Shown here: piece by piece, positions 15,851 to 24,650 of the stretch
Layout: every line of letters begins with the position of its first letter
Numbering within the stretch: position 1 is the first letter of the stretch
Assembly: GCF_003351905.1 (NCBI RefSeq)
Contig: NZ_CP022339.1
Span: forward strand, 840,001 to 872,000
Direction of reading: 5' to 3'
DNA: 32,000 bases
Origin: Candidatus Saccharimonadota bacterium
GTDB taxonomy: Bacteria; Bacteroidota; Bacteroidia; Cytophagales; Amoebophilaceae
Notes under the pieces: model-generated
The model's input: the letters and a program-made list of their open reading frames with translations, nothing else
Told to the model about the DNA's origin: nothing
Databases searched by the model: none
Made by a program: the position numbers and the translations under genes

Positions 15851-16546
15851 TTAGGCTTCTACTACCGCTATGGTGGCAATGCTTACTTGGGCTACACCTG
15901 CCGCTAAAAGCGCATGGGTGCAAGCGGTCAAGGTCGCTCCTGTAGTGAGAATATCATCCACCAGCAGCAGGTGTTTGCCTGCTAGTAAACCTGCGTCTAT
16001 AACTTTAAAGGCATCTTTAAGGTTGGCGATACGTTCTATTTTATTTTTGGTTGTTTGGGAGGGCGTATAACGGGTCCGTGCTATGCATGCTGTGTACAAA
16101 GGCATGTTTAGTGCAGCGGAGAGTCCTTTTGCAAAAAAATCACTCTGGTTATAGCCCCGTTCTTTGAGTCGTTTGGGGTGCAGTGGAACCGCTACAATTC
16201 CATCGATGGATGGCATCATCGGTGCCTGATGTAAGATCTGGCCATAGCGTTGCCCTAGCATCTGTCCGATTTTGGGTTGGTTTTTATACTTCATAGCAAA
16301 GAGTACTTGTTCAAGATGGCTCTTCTTTCTTAACTTGTAAAGCGAAAATCCATAGGCTATGGTCACTTTACCTATAAAGTAGTTGGTAATAAGGTTGTCT
16401 ACTAATGTATGCGCGTTGGTTTCTGGAAATGCACTCAAACAAATGGTACAAACCCATGTTTCTCCCTGAATCAGTTTATGGTTGCATCCCACGCATAGGG
16501 GTGGAAAAAACAAATCCAATAGCCCAGCGATCAATCGTTTCATCAT
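15851..16546 (-). CDS. comF: ComF-family phosphoribosyltransferase-domain protein
   Basis: 231 aa. N-terminal zinc-finger-like FPPLCVGCNHKL...CTICLSAFP and the C-terminal PRTase motif LLLVDDILTTGATL. Confidence 0.8.
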   Translation of the reverse strand: MMKRLIAGLLDLFFPPLCVGCNHKLIQGETWVCTICLSAFPETNAHTLVDNLITNYFIGKVTIAYGFSLYKLRKKSHLEQVLFAMKYKNQPKIGQMLGQRYGQILHQAPMMPSIDGIVAVPLHPKRLKERGYNQSDFFAKGLSAALNMPLYTACIARTRYTPSQTTKNKIERIANLKDAFKVIDAGLLAGKHLLLVDDILTTGATLTACTHALLAAGVAQVSIATIAVVEA

Positions 16547-16593
16547 ATAGAAGTATGTGTTCAGCGCATTGGTTTTTATTAGGCATCTGTTCC

Positions 16594-16634
16594 AATCACT
16601 GGTTTTTTGTCCACTTTTTTATCAAGAAAAAAGC
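16594..16634 (-). repeat. Minimal (about 40 bp) form of the MITE-like repeat, two termini fused
   Basis: aatcactggttttttg + tccacttttttatcaagaaaaaagc joins the two ends of the copy at 26746-26959 through the shared ttttttg. Confidence 0.5.
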
Positions 16635-16644
16635 TATTATCTTA

Positions 16645-17324
16645 CTATGCAAGTTTTTTAGTCATTTTGTACTCGTTTTTGATACTTTTGACGAAGCTTC
16701 TTTTTTGTTGTATAAGCTTATGCGCCAGCTCTAGGAGCTTCCTCATACATGCTACGATAGCCACTTTTTTAGGCTTATATTTACCTACTAATCTATCATA
16801 GCATTCTTTTAAATATAGGAACCACTTTTTCCCTGCTAATACAGCCATATACAGTGCATCTCGTGGTATTTTCCTTCCTCCCCTAATAAATCTTTTTCCC
16901 TGTTTTTTCCCACTATCAGCCGCATATGGTGCTATACCTACTAAAGCTGATAGTTGATTACTACTGTAGCTTCTATCACCTAATTCAGGTAAAAAACTGA
17001 CTAATTTAGTGGCTAAACATTTCCCGATTCCTGGAATGGTTTCTAGTATATTAGCCTTTTCGTCTAGATCCTTATCAGTAGTTATGGTTTTATTTAACGC
17101 TTTATCAATAATTTTTATTTCTTTTTCTAAAAAATCGATATGCCTTTCTATGCTTTCTTTATCTATATTAGTCTGGCTATGGTGTAACCGTTTCTTTTCA
17201 TTGCTTAATGTAGCTACCAGCTCTTCTCTTCTTTGTTGTTGCCTTTTAAGCCGATCTGTTGTAATATAATAGCTGTAATTAGCTTTCAATCCCCTTTCCT
17301 GTCCATAGCGAGCTAGTTTAAAAG
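16645..17324 (-). CDS. IS110-family transposase, exon 2 (C-terminal Transposase_20-type domain)
   Basis: ...LARYGQERGLKANYSYY...LETIPGIGKCLATKLVSFLPELGDRSYSSNQLSALVGIAPYAADSGKKQGKRFIRGGRKIPRDALYM, the typical IS110 C-terminal domain. The frame stays open upstream of the listed TTG start. Confidence 0.8.
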
Positions 17325-17437
17325 GTAGAGTAGAGCACTGGCGCGGTGAAGTATAGGACCAGGTTTATCCGTGTCCATCGTTTCCGATTTCGTGCCTAAA
17401 TAACCCAATCTCTCTTTCCCGTTTCCAGCACCCCCCC

Positions 17438-17475
17438 GTCGCACCGTACGTGAGGTTTTCCCTCATACGGCGCAC
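17438..17475 (-). ncRNA. Group II intron domain V
   Basis: The minus strand reads GUGCGCCGUAUGAGGGAAAACCUCACGUACGGUGCGAC. The canonical sequence is GAGCCGUAUGCGAUGAAAGUCGCACGUACGGUUC, and the two share GCCGUAUG...GAAA...CACGUACGGU. Confidence 0.85.
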
Positions 17476-17496
17476 GGATCGTCTTCTTCGTCTGCA

Positions 17497-18795
17497 TTAC
17501 GTCCATCTGTATCGCACCCGATAAGCTCCTACATTGACTAATTTGTACACTTTGTGGAGCTTCTCGTCGGGGAGTTCCTTATACCCGTTCTTCCTACTCC
17601 CTTTCTTTTTCATGATAAATCTTCTCAGACGCCTGTTTGCATGCCCTTGTACTTTCCTAAATCTCCTAGAACTGGCCGTGTGACGGTAATACTCCGTCCA
17701 CCCCAGTAAGGATGCGTTTAAGTCTTTAACAATAGTTTCAACACTTTCGTGCAACCGGTTCCGATAGGTCAATTGCGTGACTTTCTTAATAATCCGCTTG
17801 ATTGCATCAGGTGTAGGATACATATGGGTAACGGGTTTCTGATATCTTGGCGAGTATCCCCTTTTAAAGGCATACCCTAAGAAATTGAAACCTTCTTCGG
17901 CCGTGGTCATTCGACTCTTTTCTTCATTGATCGAAAGGCCCAAGCGTTGCAGATACCCACATAAAATACCCAAAATCTTCTCTACCGGTTTATTCGACAC
18001 TATCACGAGATCGTCCGCATAGCGGACAATCTGTGCATTCCACCCATTCCTTTCGGTCATCCGCTTGACCCATACTGTGTCTAGCAGATTCAGGTATATA
18101 TTAGAAAGTAAGGGCGAAATGGGGGACCCTTGAGGGGATCCTTGTCGAGTAGCAACTTCTTCGCCTTTAAGGACTCCTGAGCGAAGCCAGGCTTGTATTA
18201 ACTTTAGAACATACCTATCACTGATTCGCTTTTGAATGACTTTCATAAGCTTATCGTGTGGGATTGAGTCAAAGTATCGCTTCAAATCAATATCTAAAAC
18301 TTGGGTGAGCCCGTAATTAAGCCATTTATATATTGATAGACTTGCATGGACTGCGGATCGTTTAGGTCGAAACCCAAATGAGCATTCTTGGAAGTCTGCT
18401 TCAAAAATTGGCTCTATAACAAGACGGGTTGCAGTTTGTACTAAGCGGTCCTTAATCGTGGGCACTCCCAAGATTCTTATTCCTCCTTTCGGTTTGGGTA
18501 TTTCCACGCGCTTTGTCTTATTGCTTCGGTAGCTTCCTGATTCCAGTTCTTTTTGAACTTGTCCAAGAAACGCTTCTTCCCCTTGTTCTTTGATTTGTTC
18601 TATTGTTATTCCATCTATGCCTGGTGCCCCGTGATTTGCACAAACCTGTTTCCATGAACAGACCAGTACGTCCAATCTATATATTTTGTCATGAAGGGTG
18701 TAGAAGCTGCGTTTAGGATTAGACTTAGCAGATCGATAAAGTTCTCGCTGCAGTTCTCGGACGCTTTGTGCCATGTGGTTACCTTGCGGAATCAT
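17497..18795 (-). CDS. Group II intron reverse transcriptase/maturase (no obvious HNH endonuclease domain)
   Basis: 432 aa. Motifs are GAPGIDGITIEQI, RVEIPKPKGGIRILGVPTIKDRLVQ, FGFRPKRSAVHA, LDIDLKRYFDSIPHD, GSPQGSPISPLLSNIYLN, RYADDLVIV (YADD) and a maturase/X region LLGWTEYYRH. Confidence 0.9.
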   Translation of the reverse strand: MIPQGNHMAQSVRELQRELYRSAKSNPKRSFYTLHDKIYRLDVLVCSWKQVCANHGAPGIDGITIEQIKEQGEEAFLGQVQKELESGSYRSNKTKRVEIPKPKGGIRILGVPTIKDRLVQTATRLVIEPIFEADFQECSFGFRPKRSAVHASLSIYKWLNYGLTQVLDIDLKRYFDSIPHDKLMKVIQKRISDRYVLKLIQAWLRSGVLKGEEVATRQGSPQGSPISPLLSNIYLNLLDTVWVKRMTERNGWNAQIVRYADDLVIVSNKPVEKILGILCGYLQRLGLSINEEKSRMTTAEEGFNFLGYAFKRGYSPRYQKPVTHMYPTPDAIKRIIKKVTQLTYRNRLHESVETIVKDLNASLLGWTEYYRHTASSRRFRKVQGHANRRLRRFIMKKKGSRKNGYKELPDEKLHKVYKLVNVGAYRVRYRWT

Positions 18796-19321
18796 GGTAT
18801 CTTTCCCTGTTTTGAAAACATGACGAAACTGAAGATCCTTCGCTCCGGTAAGGTTTTGTTGTCCTTGCCATCTTCACTACTACTATCTTCCCGACTTCCT
18901 GCACAGCATCGGAACGAACTTCGACTTGCGCCTTATATCCTTCCTTACTCTTGGAACTTAAAGACCGTGCAGGATCTCCCACGTTTCTCCTCCTTTCTTT
19001 CCTACGTGCCGCCCCTGCTACGCCGGGAGATAAGTGACGGTTATTGACCTGTTATCTTTCCGTCACTTTACAGCTTTCGCCCACCAGACGAGAGGCTCAG
19101 CATCTCCAATTCCCAGATTTCTCTGGTAAGACCTTCACGGCGCTACATATAGGTTCCTTGCGTACGGCCCGCAGTTTGCGTAGCTCCTTGTACAGAGCCG
19201 TCGTCGAGTGGCTTCATCTACAAAAATTACTCTTTATAGATGCACTCCTCGCTACCTGGCCAACAGGCCTATTGCCAGGGTGGGACTTGCACCCACTAGA
19301 AAGGAGGCCTTCGTGGCACGC

Positions 19322-19619
19322 CATCGTGTTTATCCGTTTTACAGTGGTCTAGAGATTTACTAAATGAACTAAAAGTATATGTATTCACTTGATGTATGTG
19401 TACATTAGCGGCATACAATTTCTCACAAATGGCTCTTTCATATCCCCCAGTTGGTTCACATACTATAATTTTAACAGCTACTTGATCTAAATAATCTATA
19501 AGTTCCTTATGGCCCTGCTCATCGTTACGAAACCTTTTATATACAGATTTAGCCTCTTGACTATAGAAACATGCATCCAGCCATGTTTTCCCTATATCTA
19601 AACCAAGTATTCTGTTCAT
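19322..19619 (-). CDS. IS110-family transposase, exon 1 (N-terminal DEDD domain)
   Basis: MNRILGLDIGKTWLDACF...IIVCEPTGGYERAI...KTDKHD. The read-through into the intron stops after 8 further codons. Exon 1 (298 nt) plus exon 2 (680 nt) is 978 nt, or 325 aa plus stop, with the junction ...KTDKHD-AFKLARYGQ.... Confidence 0.8.
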
Positions 19620-19830
19620 TTTATATTATATTTATTTATATTTCCTTATTCTTATCGTACAAGACAGTTGTAGGCAACTTCTTCTGCTATTTGTTCAAAG
19701 AAAATAAAGGTAAGCAGGTACTTAAGCTTTTTTCGACTATTAACTATATAAAGTCCAGTGGGATACAAGTAACCTGCTACCTTTAAAATACAATCTTTTT
19801 AAATCTTAACTACATCTAGAATCTTTCTTA

Positions 19831-19877
19831 AGCTGTGTTTTTGATGGATAACTAAAGTTATCCACAAAACCACAGCT
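19831..19877. repeat. IS110 left-end terminal hairpin (full copy)
   Basis: agctgtg-ttttt-gatggataac-taa-agttatccac-aaaac-cacagct. The architecture is the same as at 13999-14049, but the outer stem has a different sequence. Confidence 0.65.
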
Positions 19878-20088
19878 TACCTACTACTATTTTTTACTAT
19901 AAATTGAATATGATTCAAGCTACATCTATAGCTATATCTATCTAGTGCTAAGATATAAGTGGGATAAAATGCATTATTAACCAGTAACGTTGTGAACAGA
20001 TACATATAGAAATGCGTATGCTATGGGTTGTTTACAGTGTAGTAGGTAGATTCCTTCTGAATTTAATATATTTTAAATCTATTTTTAT

Positions 20089-21345
20089 ATGCTCGATAGA
20101 ACCATTCCACCTAAGTTTCAAGAGATTGAGTCCATTGATTTTCCATGGCCAGAAAAGCATACACTTCAGATGCCATTGTATCTGCTCCACATGGGCAGTC
20201 AGCCCATTATAGAGTTGGAATTGATTTTTAAATCTGGTAGTTGCTATGAGTTACAGCCAGGTGCCGCCTATTTTACGGCTGCTATGTTATTAGAAGGTAC
20301 GGAAACCAAAAGTGCCCAAGCTATTGCCCATGCGATTGATTATTATGGTGCCACTATTTCCACCCATGTGCGGAAAGATTTTTGTACCCTTTCTCTTTCC
20401 ACGCTTGCCAAACACCTTAGTCCAGTATTAGATCTATTGGTAGAGCTTTTGTTGACCCCTAGTTTTCCTGAAAAATCACTCCAACGGCTCAAAAAGCTAA
20501 AAGTGCAAGCCATTCAAATGGCCGATAAAAAAAATAGTCAAGTAGCCTATAAGCGGTTTTGTACAGCGCTTTTTACAGCAGCGCATCCTTATGGCAGGCA
20601 GCTCACCGTGCAAGATGTTGATAAGATTCAACGGGATCATTTACAGTACCATTATGATCAAGTATTCTTTGCGCATGGTGCTGCTTTTGTGAGTGGGCAA
20701 GTCACGCCAGCAGCCTTACAACGCATCAAACAGGCCCTAGCCCATATTACTCTCAAAACAAATCTACAAGCAAATCCAATACCCTGTCGTACGCTGCCTG
20801 AAAAAGTCCGCTTAGTGGATGGGCAACATCTACAATCTGCTATTGTAATCGGTAAAAAGCTACTGGTCAAAAAGGAAGCAGATTTTTTACCCATGGTTGT
20901 CGTGAATACCCTTCTAGGCGGCTATTTTGGTTCTCGGCTCATGCGGAATATTCGAGAAGATAAAGGTTATACCTATGGGATTCATTCCAGTATGGTATCA
21001 TTTTTGCAAGCCGGCTATCTAGCCATTACGACAGAAGTAGCCCAAGCCGTTACGCAAGAGACCATCCAAGAAATCTATAAAGAAATTGCCCTATTGCAAG
21101 ACGAATTCGTTTCAGAAGCAGCCTTACAAAATGTTAAAAATTACCTATTGGGTCATTTTTTAACGACCCTTAACGATCCTTTTTCTATCATGCAAAAGTT
21201 TCAATCCGCCTATCTCCATGGTTTAGGTCAAGATTATTATACTAGATTTTACCAGCAGGTGCGCAACATAACCCCTCTAGACGTTAGAACTTTAGCACAA
21301 AAATACTTATCTTTAGATTCCTTTACAGAAGTAGTGGTGTGCTAA
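20089..21345 (+). CDS. M16 (pitrilysin/insulinase) family peptidase-like protein, probably the non-catalytic type
   Basis: 418 aa with M16 two-domain-like sequence (LLEGTETKSAQAIAHAIDYYGATIS..., GGYFGSRLMRNIREDKGYTYGIHS). No HxxEH zinc motif is visible near the N-terminus. Confidence 0.65.
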   Translation: MLDRTIPPKFQEIESIDFPWPEKHTLQMPLYLLHMGSQPIIELELIFKSGSCYELQPGAAYFTAAMLLEGTETKSAQAIAHAIDYYGATISTHVRKDFCTLSLSTLAKHLSPVLDLLVELLLTPSFPEKSLQRLKKLKVQAIQMADKKNSQVAYKRFCTALFTAAHPYGRQLTVQDVDKIQRDHLQYHYDQVFFAHGAAFVSGQVTPAALQRIKQALAHITLKTNLQANPIPCRTLPEKVRLVDGQHLQSAIVIGKKLLVKKEADFLPMVVVNTLLGGYFGSRLMRNIREDKGYTYGIHSSMVSFLQAGYLAITTEVAQAVTQETIQEIYKEIALLQDEFVSEAALQNVKNYLLGHFLTTLNDPFSIMQKFQSAYLHGLGQDYYTRFYQQVRNITPLDVRTLAQKYLSLDSFTEVVVC

Positions 21346-21364
21346 TGCACTTAACTGTATGATA

Positions 21365-21383
21365 GGGGGCTATCGCCTCCTTT
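21365..21383 (+). terminator. Weak intrinsic-terminator-like hairpin after the M16 gene
   Basis: gggggc-tatc-gcctcc followed by ttt, a 6-bp stem including one G-U pair. Confidence 0.25.
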
Positions 21384-21395
21384 AGTAGGCTTCAA

Positions 21396-21427
21396 TTTGC
21401 ATTTGATGCGATAAAGGGGTATATTTG
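21396..21427 (+). promoter_or_regulatory. Candidate Bacteroidetes-type promoter for rplM-rpsI-rpsB-tsf
   Basis: TTTG (21396-21399), 20 nt, then TATATTTG (21420-27), matching the Bacteroidetes -33 TTTG / -7 TAnnTTTG consensus. It lies about 65 nt upstream of the rplM start. Confidence 0.3.
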
Positions 21428-21491
21428 AAGCCGTTGGTTTTATATATACGGTGCTCAATTTTTTTGTTGGTTCAACTTTTCTTTAAAAAGC

Positions 21492-21941
21492 GTGGATTCT
21501 ATCAGTTACAAGACAAAATATGCTAATAAGCAAAGCGTTAACAAGCAATGGGTGGTTGTTGATGCTTCATTTCAGCCCTTGGGTAGGTTGGCTAGCCAAC
21601 TTGCTTACCTCATTCGTGGCAAGCACAAGCCTGATTTTACGCCTCATGTAGATAGCGGGGATCATGTGATCGTTTTAAATGCGGATAAAATCGCTATATC
21701 GGGTAATAAATCGGAAAAAAAGATCTATACCACTTATTCGGGCTATCCTGGTGGGTTAAAGCGTGCTACATTTCAAGAAGTTCAAGTTGCGCATCCCAAG
21801 CGTGTGGTAGAGCATGCGGTTAAGGGCATGTTGCCTAAAAATAGATTGGGCAGAAGGTTGTTGCACAACTTACATGTTTGTGAAGGGTCTGTGCATCCCT
21901 ATGCAGCTCAAAAACCAACCTCAATAACCCTAAAATACTAA
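21492..21941 (+). CDS. rplM: 50S ribosomal protein L13
   Basis: (GTG)MDSISYKTKYANKQSVNKQWVVVDASFQPLGRLASQLAYLIRGKHKPDFTPHVDSGDHVIVLNA is the canonical L13 sequence. Confidence 0.95.
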   Translation: MDSISYKTKYANKQSVNKQWVVVDASFQPLGRLASQLAYLIRGKHKPDFTPHVDSGDHVIVLNADKIAISGNKSEKKIYTTYSGYPGGLKRATFQEVQVAHPKRVVEHAVKGMLPKNRLGRRLLHNLHVCEGSVHPYAAQKPTSITLKY

Positions 21942-21951
21942 TTATTAACGG

Positions 21952-22341
21952 ATGGAAACAGTCAATGCAGTAGGTCGAAGAAAGACGGCTGTCGCTAGGG
22001 TCTATCTTGTACCTGGGACAGGAGACATTATCATTAACCATAAGCCGCTTTTGGATTATTTTCCAGTAGAAGAAATTAACCTAATTGTTAAGCAACCTTT
22101 GGAAAAATTAGATAGGGTAGGTCAATATAACCTAAAAATTAACGTTGTAGGTGGGGGCGTGCGTGGGCAGGCTGAGGCCATTCGTTTAGGGATTGCTAGG
22201 GCGCTTTGTAAGTTAGATGTAGAAAGCAATAGGCCTATATTGAAGAAAGAGGGGTTCTTAACCAGGGATGCTAGGGTTGTGGAGCGTAAGAAGTATGGCC
22301 GTAAAAAGTCGAGAAAGAAGTTCCAGTTTACCAAACGTTAA
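21952..22341 (+). CDS. rpsI: 30S ribosomal protein S9
   Basis: GRRKTAVARVYL...GGGVRGQAEAIRLGIARAL...DARVVERKKYGRKKSRKKFQFTKR. Confidence 0.95.
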   Translation: METVNAVGRRKTAVARVYLVPGTGDIIINHKPLLDYFPVEEINLIVKQPLEKLDRVGQYNLKINVVGGGVRGQAEAIRLGIARALCKLDVESNRPILKKEGFLTRDARVVERKKYGRKKSRKKFQFTKR

Positions 22342-22377
22342 GTCTATTTTTATAGTTATTATTTATTATTACCCATA

Positions 22378-23265
22378 ATGATAAAATTAGAATTCAAAGC
22401 ACTGCTGGATGCTGGTGTCCATTTTGGTCATCTGACTAGGAAATGGAATCCTAAGATGGCTCCCTTTATTTTTATGAAGCAGAATGGCATTCACATCATT
22501 GATCTAAACAAGACCATTACCTGTATGCAGGGGGCTGCTTTGCAGCTTAATGCAATGGCTCAAGCTGGGAAAAAGATTTTGTTTGTAGCGACCAAAAAGC
22601 AAATTAAAGCTTCTGTAGAGCAGACGGCAAAAGATTTAGGTATGCCCTATGTAACGGAGCGGTGGCTGGGCGGTACGCTGACCAATTTTGTCAATACGCG
22701 GAAGTTGTTAAAGCGCATGCTTTCCATAGAAAAAAACATGCAGATGGCTGCCTATAAAAGCTTAGCAAAAAAGGAAAGGTTAATCATTGCGCGGGAGCAA
22801 GAAAAGCTCAATAGGATTTTGCAGGGGCTAGCTAATGTGACGCGGCTACCATCTGCTCTATTTGTAATTGATATTAAGGAAGAACATATTGCTGTTGAGG
22901 AAGCGCGCAAGTTGGGCATTCCTATTTTTGCGCTTGTAGATACCAATACCAATCCAGATATGGTTGACTTTCCTATTCCTGGTAACGATGATGCATTCCG
23001 TTCGGTAGATATTGTAGTGCGTTATCTTGCTACTGCGATTAAAGAAGGCATTGCATCCTATAAAAAAGAGAAAGCAGAAACCGCGCCTAAAAAAGAGGAA
23101 GAGGCTGTCAGTAATACAGCTACTAAAGGCGTTCCTAAGCGAGGCATAAAAGTGGTACAGGGGGTAGTCATCAAGAAGGGTCTGGCTGCAAAGGGTAAAG
23201 TGGCTACACCTGTAGCTAAGGTGGCTGCAGCTGCTCCACCACTTAAGGATCAACCAGAAAAGTAA
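22378..23265 (+). CDS. rpsB: 30S ribosomal protein S2 (with a Lys/Ala-rich C-terminal tail)
   Basis: LLDAGVHFGHLTRKWNPKMAPFIFMKQNGIHIIDLNKT...FVIDIKEEHIAVEEARKLGIPIFALVDTNTNPD. Confidence 0.95.
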   Translation: MIKLEFKALLDAGVHFGHLTRKWNPKMAPFIFMKQNGIHIIDLNKTITCMQGAALQLNAMAQAGKKILFVATKKQIKASVEQTAKDLGMPYVTERWLGGTLTNFVNTRKLLKRMLSIEKNMQMAAYKSLAKKERLIIAREQEKLNRILQGLANVTRLPSALFVIDIKEEHIAVEEARKLGIPIFALVDTNTNPDMVDFPIPGNDDAFRSVDIVVRYLATAIKEGIASYKKEKAETAPKKEEEAVSNTATKGVPKRGIKVVQGVVIKKGLAAKGKVATPVAKVAAAAPPLKDQPEK

Positions 23266-23287
23266 AGATAGCAATATTGTATAGTAT

Positions 23288-24121
23288 ATGATGGTTACAG
23301 CACAAGAGGTAGCTGCACTAAGGAAAAAGACCGGTGCAGGGATGATGGATTGTAAAAAAGCGTTGATTGAGGCAGGGGGTAATGTAGAGCAAGCCATTGA
23401 TTTGCTTAGAAAGAAAGGACAAAAAATATGTGCAGACCGTGCGGCCCATCATGCCAGTGAGGGCGCTGTTTTTGCTTGTGCAAGTTTGGATCATAAGGAG
23501 TCTTTTTTATTGGTGTTGAACTGTGAGACTGACTTTGTAGCTAAAAATGAATTATTTGTGCAATTGGGTAAAACCATCTTGGAGGTGGCAGTAGCACACA
23601 AGCCAGATACTGTAGCAGCGCTACAAGCCTTGCCATTGGGGGATGGGACGGTTCAAGAGGCGATTGTATCATTTGCTGGTACCACGGGTGAAAAAATTAC
23701 ACTTTCTACTTATGTCACTTTAGCTGGTGCGGTAACGGTTCCCTATATCCATACAGGTAATCGGTTGGCTGTTTTGGTAGCTTTACAAGGTGCCCAGGGC
23801 GAGGAGGTAATCGCTGCAGGTAGAGATGTAGCAATGCAGATAGCGGCTATGCATCCAGTGGCGGTGGATAAAGATCAAGTAGACCCAGTTGTTATAGAAA
23901 GGGAAACTGCCGTTATCCAGGCGCAGCTTATGGATGAAGGGTATGACGGCGTTAAAGCTGAGAAGATAACGCAGGGTAGGTTGCATAAGTTTTTTCAAGA
24001 AAACACTCTTTTGCAACAGCCATTTGTCAAAAATGGCAAGTTGACTGTGGCCCAATACCTGACAACCATTGCTCCATCTTTGACCGTTACGGCATTCAAA
24101 CGCATTGGCGTAGGGGAGTAA
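23288..24121 (+). CDS. tsf: Translation elongation factor Ts
   Basis: VTAQEVAALRKKTGAGMMDCKKALIEAGGNVEQAIDLLRKKG (UBA-like N-domain), then ETDFVAKNE and DVAMQIAAMHP. Confidence 0.95.
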   Translation: MMVTAQEVAALRKKTGAGMMDCKKALIEAGGNVEQAIDLLRKKGQKICADRAAHHASEGAVFACASLDHKESFLLVLNCETDFVAKNELFVQLGKTILEVAVAHKPDTVAALQALPLGDGTVQEAIVSFAGTTGEKITLSTYVTLAGAVTVPYIHTGNRLAVLVALQGAQGEEVIAAGRDVAMQIAAMHPVAVDKDQVDPVVIERETAVIQAQLMDEGYDGVKAEKITQGRLHKFFQENTLLQQPFVKNGKLTVAQYLTTIAPSLTVTAFKRIGVGE

Positions 24122-24223
24122 ATAAGTACCCCTACGGCCATATCCACGTTACCTAAAAGCAAGGATCAAGCGTGCTTTTACTGTGTGCATTAATCCTCCG
24201 CTATGGGTTGAATGGATATAAAA

Positions 24224-24399
24224 TTATTTAATTCTAAGAACAACTATAGATATATCATCTTTTTTACCTCCTGTACGGTTTTGAAGTCTGGATATTGTAA
24301 TTACATGGTTTGAATACTTATCATTTAAAGGATAGGCTGAATCTTTAATATGTTTAAGATGATCTTTCATATCTTGATCTTTATATTGATCCTTATACT
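24224..24399 (-). pseudogene. Truncated duplicate of the 3' part of ORF 25030..25395
   Basis: The segment 24182-24399 is a ~218-bp direct repeat of 24988-25206 with few mismatches. It retains ...DQYKDQDMKDHLKHIKDSAYPLNDKYSNHVITISRLQNRTGGKKDDISIVVLRIK* but lacks the N-terminal half. Confidence 0.6.
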
Positions 24400-24650
24400 A
24401 AGGAATCTTGTAGAGCTGGTTCCCAAGCAATCAAGGATGGATCTAAAAGGTTGGTGCAAGCACAGTTAGCACAGCAGAATGCCTTTGCTTCTTAAGATGT
24501 TATGTGGGGTATGATGGCCGCTGCTAAAGGAGCATTTGTCGTTTTCAGTAAAGCTAAAGCCTTTAAGCGTTCTGCCAATTGGGTTAACTTAAGGAATATT
24601 TTTTATTGATTGTCAGAATTTTTCATATTTCTGGTTAATAATGAAGTTTA

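Larger units (their letters stand above)
17325..19321 (-). mobile_element. Bacterial group II intron (ribozyme plus intron-encoded RT/maturase)
   Basis: The RT ORF sits in domain IV. A consensus-like domain V follows just 3' of the ORF, and the 3' end reads ...ACTCTAC (ends in AY). The 5' end reads G-GCGTGCCACGAAGG, with GUGCC two nt in, so the boundary is uncertain by about 3 nt. The segment is visibly more GC-rich than its flanks. Confidence 0.85.
16635..19880 (-). mobile_element. IS110-family insertion sequence (about 1.25 kb) carrying a ~2.0-kb group II intron
   Basis: The left end is defined by a terminal hairpin (19831-19877) beyond which similarity to the remnant copy stops. The right end lies within about 12 nt of the transposase stop at 16645. 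Boundaries are good to about 10 nt. Confidence 0.75.

Noticed and set aside
16405-17269. Plus-strand ORFs 16405..16734, 16607..16801 and 17009..17269
   Set aside because: They are antisense to comF and the IS110 transposase C-terminal exon. They cross the IS boundary and the mini-MITE.
18691-19352. Plus-strand ORFs 18691..19047 and 19044..19352, and minus ORF 18779..18982
   Set aside because: They lie within or antisense to domains I-III of the group II intron RNA. They have no protein-like features and overlap structured ribozyme sequence.
20012-20212. Listed + ORF 20012..20212 upstream of and overlapping the M16 peptidase start
   Set aside because: It is out of frame with the conserved M16 ORF, and its hydrophobic, low-information translation is probably just promoter or leader sequence.
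23040-23265. Lys/Ala-rich C-terminal extension of ribosomal protein S2
   Set aside because: Variable low-complexity tails on S2 are common in several phyla. Nothing in the sequence suggests a fused domain or frameshift.
22122-23397. Minus-strand ORFs antisense to rpsI, rpsB and tsf (22122..22334, 22752..22952, 22858..23397), and likewise 21835..22041, 23783..24055, 25706..25906, 26469..26684 and 30525..31283
   Set aside because: They are shadow ORFs opposite highly conserved housekeeping genes.
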